A stretch of DNA of 64,000 nucleotides from Phoronis australis (lineage: Eukaryota; Animalia; Phoronida): contig NMRA01000583.1 in the NCBI GenBank assembly GCA_002633005.1, forward strand, positions 1 to 64,000, read 5' to 3'. How positions within the stretch are numbered: position 1 is the first letter of the stretch; each line of letters begins with the position of its first letter. Positions 13,566-24,203 of the stretch are shown here, piece by piece. The notes under the pieces were generated by a model. That model was not told where the DNA came from, ran no database searches, and was given only the letters and a program-made list of their open reading frames with translations. The translations under genes were made by a program, and so were the position numbers.

Positions 13566-16500
13566 TCATTTGCTTGGTTGATCCATGAAGTTAGCCATGA
13601 CTGCCCATCCTTCAATCTCCACTCGAGCACCCTGGAAAGAGGAAGTGATTTTAAAACAGAAAATGCATACCGCAAAATCCCGCATACAAGCCCATTCTGC
13701 AAATGCTTTTCTGGAAACATTTAGCAAGTGCAAGATAAAGATAGCAGTTCCAGAACAAAATCAAGGGTGGAAATTCAGCATATTCTTGCAATCTTAGCCC
13801 CACCTTCTGCCCCCGCCCTTCCCCACAAAGTACCTAAGATAGAAAACTTACATGCATTATAATCCAAAGGGCACTCACCTTGGGCAATGCCTTCACTTGG
13901 TACATGCACTTGGCAGGTTTATAGGCACCCTTAAAAACTAAACAAACGAAGAGACTATTATAGACTGCATAACACTTCAGATGTATTCAATGTATAAAGA
14001 TGATAACAAGATATCAGCTCATTTTGATTCCCCCGTAGTATTTTATAAACAGACATACCATCAATCAAATATGTTTTGCAAAAGCAAGCAACAACTTACA
14101 TTTTAGAAAGAATGTTACTAACTGAAACAAAACTGGACCATCTTATTTCGCATTTTAAACTAAACGTAACCACGTATCAAAAGAATGGTGATTATTCAAA
14201 GAGCCCACATGTTTAGAAAACTGTTCCTAGTGATGGTGAAAAACCATTAATATAAACAACATTATCAGCATAAAATTTTTTGGCACCAGTGATGACTATA
14301 TGGCAATATATGCATTAGGTGCTGCTGAGCTGTGAACAGTAAGTGTCACTTTTTGATGGACAAAAAAGGGCATGATAACTTCTATTAACAATGGCACAAC
14401 TCAGTGGTCTATTTACACCAATCTCTATGCTACTTACAATGGCATGACTCAGTGGTCTATTTATACATCAACCTGTATGTACCCTGTTTACTATGACACT
14501 TCTTTGGTTACACAACAGATATCACTAATAATCACTATCATCCATGATAGTGCAGTGATAATGGAAATCTAATTTTACAAGGATAACAAAATGATTGCAT
14601 GACAGGAATTCCAAATGGTAGAGCTAAAACTAGTTTGTCAAAGAAAATACTGTGACCAAAGTACTGGAAAATGTGTGATCCTCAAGTGAAATATGTGACC
14701 TTCATGTGAATTGTGTGACCTTCAAGTAAATTGTGGGGGCCAGTATCAGTAAAAAACAAGAAATACATACTTTAAAAATCTGACTGTTTTACTGACAGTA
14801 AATATATTTTATCTATCCACATGAGATAGCTCAGGATAAAATGTCCTTTTCCTGGTCACTATAAGGAAGGAGTTAAATAATTAGCATATCGAGGGTGATG
14901 CATACTCTGTGCAACTTGTGCCCACCACAACAAAATCTTGTCATTGTAGCAAAAATGAAAACATAGCAAACCACATTCATCCCGGTACTGTGAAAAGGTC
15001 TAAAGTACAAAAGGCACGGAGGGGAGGTTGCGGGTTAAAAGACTCAAGCATCGAAAAGATTTTCTGTAGTTTCAAGGTTTCGCTTCTTTACATTTACTGA
15101 CTTTCTTGTCTACTTTCTATGTACAAAAAGCTCAAAAACAATGTCTTGCTGTTGTGTATATAAAATTGAAGCTAATTCACTTTGGCATAATTTTGAATTC
15201 TTGTTTTGGATGCTGATATATAGCGTTTACGGGAAGAAGGAACTACCAAACACTAGTCACTTAAAATACATACATTCATCATAGACAGCGTTCACAGTAT
15301 CATAGTCATTGATATCGGCGAGTAGCACTGTTGTCTGGGTAACTGAAACAAAGCAAATGAAACATCTCATGCATCATGTGTCATTCCAAGACATTGGAGA
15401 CATCTCCATTATCACCCTGAGTTGTAGTCTACAAAAATGTTTAACATTGTTAATTTAACAATGCCTTCAAATTCCATGAACCATCTTCTTGATATGTCAG
15501 CATTTAGCCAAATATCCACAAAACAATAGAATATAACCCTACAAAAGCAAACTGTTTATGAAAGTAGAAAGCCCGTAGTCTTTGGCTTTTAACTTATGCA
15601 AATCTGTTATTAACCAGCAGGGTTTCGTGATCACGTGTTTTAAATAAAATTGAGCAAAAAAGAAAGGAATGTTCATGGCAAAGCAACGACATCAATAACA
15701 TATTAACCTAACTTCATTTGACACGAATATTCAAGATGAGACCTCCAAAAATATGAACATTACAGTTTAAAAAAACACTCATTATTTGTCATAATGCAGA
15801 TTTGGATTTTTGTCATTAAATCATTTAAGAGTTATTTTTGATAGCTTTTCATGCTAAAGTGGAATATTTTAACAAACCTCAACAGCATTTTGGATATTAC
15901 AGCATAAAGCACAGTATATGAAAGTTTCACATGAATTCTATCAACAATGCCACATAAAATCTGTTGATCAATCAATCAATCAAATCCCATTTATATAGGT
16001 ATGCGGACACTTACCATTGTCGAGAGAGCCAGGTGGATCATGGGCCTCTAGCACAGCCTTCATGTTGTTGAGGGCCTGCTTGGTCTCTGGACCGGCTCCG
16101 CCAGGCACAAAATCCCCAGTGGATGGCAGCAAGCCCAACTGGCCTGACAGCCACATGGTGCAGTGGACAGCAATAGCTTGGCTGGAAGACACAAGAAAGG
16201 GTTCAATTTACAAGAGCGTAATGCTTCAATGTTATTGTAGATGCTGGTAAATAACATGTTCCTATTAAAACTCATCATATTATCACCCCAGATAAAAATA
16301 AACACTTTACAGTAACAAAGGATAACATGACCATGCATACCGTAAAAACAGGAAAGCTAAAATATATTTATTTTCGGTTCAAGGTCGGAGCTTGTCTCAA
16401 ATTCTAGAAAGAGGCAATATTGGCCATCCCAAGTTCAAGAAAGACAGCAAAATTACCTACTGTCTGGATAGATATCATACTATCTGAAATTTGATGAATG

Positions 16501-19500
16501 CAAAAACTGCTCTTGTCCCAAATTCCAGAATAAAGAAAACCCGATTTTTGTGGGATTTTTTATGTGCCTAACTCCACAGACGGTCCCCAATTTTCATGCC
16601 CGCTCGCACACACATATACATACATACATACATACATACAAATAAGTCACGTAAAGTTTAACACATGGATATAAATACCCATCAGATTGAATAATTAATA
16701 CTTAATTACTACAAACGGTCAATATTGTAATTTATTATGATTAGTATTTTGAAGGAAAGTATTGGTGCAAAAGCCTTGAAATGGCAAGTCAACATTTCTT
16801 TCTCATAAGGTGAATCCGCAACCTTCTGTTGAAAAACAACTTTAGAGTTTGACCATGACATAATGTTGTAAAAAAATCTTACATTGTTTCGTAACAAAAA
16901 TGATATCTGTGCTTGAGAATACAGTAATGTATTATTGCGACTGACTTGTCGCTACTGCTTATAGCACCTAACCCAGTAATGTTTGACACAGCATTGGTTA
17001 GTTTCTGTTTTCTAAGGCAGGACAGACTGTGCCTATGGCGTCACAAGAGAATTCCAAGCTGATTTATAAATTAACCAACACAGTCTAAAGTCATCTTACA
17101 AGTTGAGTGTTGTGTGCATTCTACCAGCAACTAGATATTTATNNNNNNNNNNNNNNNNNNNNNNNNNNNNNNNNNNNNNNNNNNNNNNNNNNNNNNNNNN
17201 NNNNNNNNNNNNNNNNNNNNNNNNNNNNNNNNNNNNNNNNNNNNNNNNNNNNNNNNNNNNNNNNNNNNNNNNNNNNNNNNNNNNNNNNNNNNNNNNNNNN
17301 NNNNNNNNNNNNNNNNNNNNNNNNNNNNNNNNNNNNNNNNNNNNNNNNNNNNNNNNNNNNNNNNNNNNNNNNNNNNNNNNNNNNNNNNNNNNNNNNNNNN
17401 NNNNNNNNNNNNNNNNNNNNNNNNNNNNNNNNNNNNNNNNNNNNNNNNNNNNNNNNNNNNNNNNNNNNNNNNNNNNNNNNNNNNNNNNNNNNNNNNNNNN
17501 NNNNNNNNNNNNNNNNNNNNNNNNNNNNNNNNNNNNNNNNNNNNNNNNNNNNNNNNNNNNNNNNNNNNNNNNNNNNNNNNNNNNNNNNNNNNNNNNNNNN
17601 NNNNNNNNNNNNNNNNNNNNNNNNNNNNNNNNNNNNNNNNNNNNNNNNNNNNNNNNNNNNGCGATACCATCACTTTAGATAGAACTTTGAACGGGCTTTC
17701 AGAAGATGCTTTCCATTTTTCTCTACGATGTCTACTTTTTGAGTTATTTGAGATTTACTGATAACGCTGTTCCTTTGTTGAACGCTCTTGCTGCATTCAG
17801 GTTGGTTTAGCTTCAATTGAACTAGACTGCAGCCTATTTCTTAATGATTTATGACATCTAAATTCGTCATATGAATGTTGTGATGTTGTTCATCATCGCC
17901 ACCAACATCATCATATTCGTCATCATCGTCATCATCTTCGTCATCATCTCCGTCTTTTCCTTAATTTCGCCAAGTGTCGCTCAAGACTAGCCTTTTTCTT
18001 ACTGATTTCGGACTCCTACGTTCGTCATGTGTATGTTATTAACTTCTTTTGTTCATCCTCACCACCATCTTCGTCATATTCGTCATCTTCGTCATCATCT
18101 TTATTGTCATCTTTTTGGTTAATTTCGCCAAGGTTCGCTCCTCGGAGCGCTTTCATTTTGTTCATTGATCATTGTGTGAAGGAGAGTTGGATTGTCACTA
18201 TGCAATAGATACTCAATACATCACCTTATCACCACTACACTGATACAGACAGATGCTATCCTATTCATAATTTATTACATAATAATACTGGTGAACCAAG
18301 TCATGCCAGACAAACCCTGCACACAGGTCTTTCCCAATTAATATGTCAATAAAATTCTAGAAACATATCAATTAAACAGGAAGAGAACAAAAGAAGGAAA
18401 GATAAAAACAGCACCACCTTCATTAGAAATTGCACAAAGAGAAAAACTTTTTTCTTATGACAACCTAGGACATAGTATTAACATGAGATGGACCATTGGG
18501 AACCTCCACTTCTAACAGTCTGTGATGAAAGCCCTGTCACTCAGCTGCTGATCTAATCCTGGTCTCATGAGGGTATATGCTTGTAAGCCACATAGCTTCT
18601 AGGGTTGCACAGCAAGGAGAAAAGAAATTGAGTAATTTACCAGCAGGGAAGCATCTGCCAGCAAGAACACAACACACACCCAACACTTATGAAAATTAGG
18701 GAAAATGGGAGTTATCCCAGCAATATTTGTAGACATCAAACAGTTTGGTGCAAACTAGTACTGCTCACCTTCACATCTTTAAAAATTTACAACTTGCCAA
18801 TTGTCCCACTTCTACACTTTTTAAAGATATACCCCAAGTCCCACCACAGCATCAGATTGTACTTTTTGGCACACGCGACAATTATATGTACATGTACTAC
18901 TGTATATTTTTGTGCATTACCAAATAATTTACCGGTACCCATAATTTCCCTGTGCACAGCCATAGCTGAAAAAAAAAACAGCTTGCTGGGTGTTCCTGGG
19001 TTTTATGGCAGACATTTGCTCCTTATGCCGTGGCCTTAATCCTGGGTTAAGTTCAGTAACGTCACAGCCTCGCTAAAAAGCAAGACTGCAAGATTACATG
19101 AGATACTAAGCTGTGTATTATAAATGAGAACATGTGATGTTGGCAAACATTTTCTAGTCGCGAGACGGCTATGTATATCCCCCATTTTTCATTTTCAAAT
19201 TCAGGCAAAATCTATTGATACTGATTGCATAAACGTCAACAATAAAACGCTTGGAAATACTGACACAATTTCACTTTCACTGAAATGCTCATAACAACTC
19301 CATCCTATTAAATTTCAAGCATCATAATCATTCAAGTATTGAGGTGGGGCCCTCCGTTGCACCCACAAAGTATCAAGGAACCATTCACTGAATCCACAGA
19401 AACAATGTATTTAAATCCAAAACTTTCGCACAACAAGAGTGACATTGATCACAACCAGGAAAGAATTCCGGTGTAGCTTGGGCAGTAGTACAGCATTTGA

Positions 19501-22500
19501 TGATGGCCAACACCTTCCATACATATCCCACAATAAGTTTTACCAGCTTCTAATGGGCCTGATTGGAGCGGGATGGGAGAGGGTCTCAGGTGTTTGCACA
19601 CCAGAAGCAGATCTATACAGTTAGGTCACACTTGTAATTGTGGACATTCTACCAGTTTCAACTTGTGAACACAATAAATTCGAGGCGTTATTTAAAACCC
19701 AGCTTGAAACAGCAGCAAACAGAACTTTGCAATATTTAAATACCTTTCTGCACCTAGTGCCAGTGGAACACGAGCATTCCGAGAACTGAAATAAACTTTT
19801 GTAAATCCTCCACCCATGCTCTACACATCCCACAATGCTCAGCAGATCCAGTACATTACTCATGACCCCTATAGACATCAACAACCACTAGGTTGGTATG
19901 TAACTCAGGACAGAACATCATTCCAATAATGTGACTGTCTTCTTCGACAGTCTAATACATGTGACTAACACATAAATTGCAATATTCCAGGACTATTCAA
20001 CAAGAGGATTTTTCCCAATTCTCTATATGAAGCTCATGTAAAATTAAAAGCTGAATGGTAAGGTACTAGTAAACCAGTTCGGAATGAATTGAACAAGACC
20101 AATAGAGGGTTGTAAGTTTCTCATTTTCCCTGAGTTTTACATGCATAGAAATTTGTCATTTCCTGCTCCATGATAAGTAAGAACCATGCAACAGTTGGCT
20201 TTGGTAGCTTTGTACCCCTACTGCTACTGAGACATCCCACGTAACGATGGCAACACAAGGACAACTAGAAATACTGGGGAGGGAGGGATCAATGACACTG
20301 ACAGGTTCTTTGAATTCAGGGACTATTAGTAAGAGAACAGTAGTTTTGTGGTGTTTTGTAGTTTATTTGATACCAGTTTTGGGGACTGCTGATACAAACA
20401 ACTGAAGATTGGAATTCCCCAAATTCTACATTGAAGAAATGGCTGGAAAAAGTGTTTTTTTTTGTAACTTTTAAGAGGCTTTATACCGTAAATGGCAATG
20501 TCCATAATTCGGGACTGTCAATCATGGATGCCATATGAACATAGATGCCAATCATTCGAAAATGGTAAGGTAGAACAATGGATAGATGCCACAGATATAG
20601 GGGCAGATCCAGGATTTTGAGATAGAGGGGGCCAGAGCACAGGAATAAACAGAATTTCGGCATTTGCGTGTAGGGATGCAGGGGTCTCGAATTTTTGGGT
20701 TTGCGGACCTTTTGACTAAAAAAAACGGTAAACGGGGTTTGTTCAGGACCTATGCATTGTTTATTTCCCGGAGCCCCCCTAGTTGCACGCACGTGCTAGT
20801 CAGCAGTTCGCACCCGAACTGCCAAATGGTACCTGGTAGAGTTTTGGGGGGGAGGGCATGGCAACCCTTGGGCCCCCCTCTTAAATCCGCCACTGAAATA
20901 GGTCGAAAGTGTCCATTGAAACCCGAACTGAAGCTGCTTTTAGCCGTGCCTGTAGAAATTATACAGGTAAGTAGGAGAATTGTGCACAAGCATGAACATA
21001 TGTAGCAAGAGTACCTGAATATTGTTGTGCCTATCAAAGAACAGAACATTCTGACGGTGTTGTGGGACCCGGGACGCAGCTTCAAAAATACAGTCACACC
21101 AAAAGTAGGACAGTTGGCAACCCATGTGAATTTACAGTATGGGTGCAACACACAGTCAGATAACAGCCTCAGTATAATCCTTAACGCCTTACTAGCATGC
21201 CAGCAGCCCAGGTTTGATACCGGCAGTGGGGAGGTGGATTTTCAGGGTCCAATTTGGCGAGTACCAGCTTGCATTTTGCAAGCTAAAATTGCCATCGACG
21301 ACCAAATGCGACTTCAGTTTTTCATTGCTTAAGTCACCAAATGCGACCTCAGTTTACGACAATGCAAAACAGGTTAACTAACACGTCACAAACTGAACAG
21401 CAAAAAGCGCTCAGCGCCGGTCAACTTTTGAACCATTTGTCCATCTTACTAATTCAGAGGCGCTCAAAAAAGAACAGACTCGAACAGCGCCTCCTAGACA
21501 GGTGAACGTGAGCGAGCGATTCTCTGGATGTCAAGAACTTCAGAAAAGTGGTTTCCTTGTCTACTTTTCATGACAATGGTGATGAAGGAATCTGCTATGG
21601 AAACAGCGTGCCAGGTAGCTGTGTAAGCATCACAATGGGCCACATCACCAATGACACCTATTGGATGTTCGCAGTACTAAAACTTTGGCGACTCAAATCC
21701 GAAATGGCGAGTTGAGATTTTACCCAACCCGCCAATAGTAGATGCATGCATGCACATAACTTTTAGAGGAGTAACATACCTAAAAACAGGAGCCTCGTGA
21801 TCTAAAGGAACGAGAACTTTGGTTTTGGGTTTGTAATAGGGCCGAATCAAAGCTCAGAGCACTAAATAATTTGATGCCAGGCAATTGCCTATTGGCTGAT
21901 TTGTTTGGATGGTTGATTCGCATGGCGAAAGCCCAGGTTTCATCTGACTTGATTATAGAATACCAGTCCACAACAAAATAGTCCAGCCCTCAACATGTAA
22001 TTTTAAGAGTATGGCCGAACTCCACATGACTTACGGATTATCCTCCTTAGCATTCGCCTGGTGAATCTGCAGGAATAAAGCTGGAGTTATGATTGGGGAC
22101 TATTTTTAGTATTTAACACTTAATAACAGGGAAATTTTTTCGTGTCCCCAGTCACTCCAAATTTTATTTGTTATTCATTATATGCTTGACTGGTATGCAA
22201 TATTCATGTCGTGGTAACAGTCCCTGCACTTTAGACATCTAAATTAATCAGAAGTCATTGACAACCAGCTACACTTCTGGAGAATAAAGACAGGACAGAA
22301 CAGAACTCATAAGGGTTAACCAGATGAGAAATCATTGCAGCTTCCTACGGCGTCCTACGCCCCTGCAATGGCCCTCAGAGGTTGTCATTATTCGACTCCT
22401 AGTTAATTAAGACATAAAAATAGGATTACCCGTTACTTCTGAATTTCTTTGAAATGTTCCCGTTGAAGAAATATGTCAAGCGGCAACCACGCGTGTGGGA

Positions 22501-22560
22501 ACTACTGCCTTTTGATAGAGGAACCCCCCGGAAAACACCGACGGCGACATTGGACAACAT
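13566..22560 (-). CDS. RIDA: RidA/HRSP12 paralogue C (core exons secure, 5' exons provisional)
   Basis: Secure exons: 16181-16015 (QAIAVHCTMWLSGQLGLLPSTGDFVPGGAGPETKQALNNM...), 15342-15274 (VTQTTVLLADINDYDTVNAVYDE), 13937-13879 (FFKGAYKPAKCMYQVKALPK), 13631-13566 (GARVEIEGWAVMANFMDQPSK*). Candidate 5' exons: 22560-22430, 22066-22035, 21801-21780, 18965-18933, 18776-18769, 18654-18641. An N-gap lies within the 5' region. AATAAA at 13130-13135. Confidence 0.85.
17143..17660. other. Assembly gap
   Basis: Run of N. Confidence 1.
20598..20895 (-). mobile_element. MITE family 1, fuller copy
   Basis: AGGGGCAGATCCAGGATTTTG...TTAAATCCGCCACTG; reverse-complement match to 9695-9857 and 52412-52660. 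Confidence 0.75.
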
Positions 22561-22800
22561 CTACTTCTAGACATTTGACTGCCTAATGACAGAAGGCTTA
22601 ATCCATCAATTCATGCAGTCTCACACAGCTGCAGAGACGTTAAGCGTTAGCAGACAAATACCTGTAAGAACCCACAGCGGCGGGGGCTGTTGGAGTGTTG
22701 ATAATGTGTCGAACAAATCCTGCCATTTTCCCTGCACTCAGTGGTTCCGTTTCACCAGTCGTGTCACGTGATAAAACATATGGGGTGATAAGTGTTGTAT
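22561..22800. promoter_or_regulatory. Putative bidirectional promoter for RidA-C and POP1, with E-box GTCACGTGAT (22763-22772)
   Basis: CpG-enriched segment between divergent genes. The POP1 ATG exon has an acceptor at 24191, so a non-coding first exon must lie upstream. Confidence 0.55.
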
Positions 22801-24203
22801 TTGTCTTTAATACTTCATAATAACTTAAAAAATGCACAGAAGCTTCACTTTTATTATTATGAAATATTCTTTTGCACAAATTTAGTTGCAAATATATTAT
22901 AGCTATGATTACAGTAAATGAATGTTGTTTGATGACCAGAGTATAAAGCTATTTGGTTTTCATTCATAAAGAGTCAAAACTAAAAGTGTGCATGTGGAAG
23001 CATTCGCGTTGATTGTATTCTTATTCCACGGTTCCTTATCCCAGGGATTGCTTAGCCAGAGGTGGTTTAGATTTAAGATCAATTGGGACCTCGTAAATTT
23101 AAATAATCAGGAGTGAACTTATTGTTTCCCTCGTTAACAAAACCTTCGAAGTCATGTTGTACCACATAGATAGTGCTGGCTGGGCCAGCAGAGGCCATCA
23201 TTGCCCAGACACCCTGGGCTTAGGGCTACATGATGTGCGTGATGCTCTTTTCAGAAGGGTTACTTTTTTGTGACTAGTTTCTCCTTAAATAAGTGTCTTG
23301 TGTCCAAAAACAAACAAACTGCATTTTCCCATATCAATTCTCGACTACAGAAGGGTTCTCTTTGAAATTTCAAATCTATAGAAGGGTTGTTTATATTTTT
23401 AGAAGTCTGAAAACTACTGTGTGAATGGGTTTGTTTGAATTCCACTGCGGTCATGAGGACAGTTGTGGGCATCTGCTAAGTTGGAAACCATTAACCTGCT
23501 GATTTGATGTGCCAATAAATGGTGGACTGGTATTGTCTTTAATGATTATGTCGATGTATATAGAAGCATTGCTGCACATATATGATATAGGAACCAAGTA
23601 CCTTAACTATACCCTGTGATATATCTGATTCTGAACTGTACCCTGCAATATACCCAATACAACTGATACGTTCTATGGAAGACTATACTGTTGCTGAACC
23701 TTGACTCCAATTGCCTCTTTTTCTATTACCCACAAGATGTTACCACTGAAAACAGATTACTAAAATGCAGACCTGTACTTGAGTCGACAGAACGTCTCCA
23801 CCAATCTCTCATACAGGAGAGCTCCTAGGCTTTATCACTTCGTAGAACAATATTTTTCTGTATAAAACCTGCACCCCCTGGCTCATGTGGGGAAAGCGGG
23901 AATTACATGACTTGACATTGCCATTCATTATTGAATGTGGTGAATTTTTCATGCTATATGTATTTAGCATGCATTTGAACATCTTAATGCTTTGCTCAAA
24001 TGCTGCAAGGTATTCGTTGATGTTTAAAATAGCCTCCTACTTAAATATATGTCATAAATTACATCAATGATTACATGGGTTGTATCAGTTTTGAACAGTT
24101 GCTTTTACAAAAAACATGATTGTGTGAACTTTTTTAATTTGTGGAAACTATTTGATTGATTGGTGTCTAATTTACTACATTCTCTTTTCAGCTCACACAA
24201 AAC

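Noticed and set aside
19621-19884. Cys-rich ORF (HGW...CSCSTGTRCRK)
   Set aside because: Faintly like a transposase C-terminal Cys cluster but too degraded to call.
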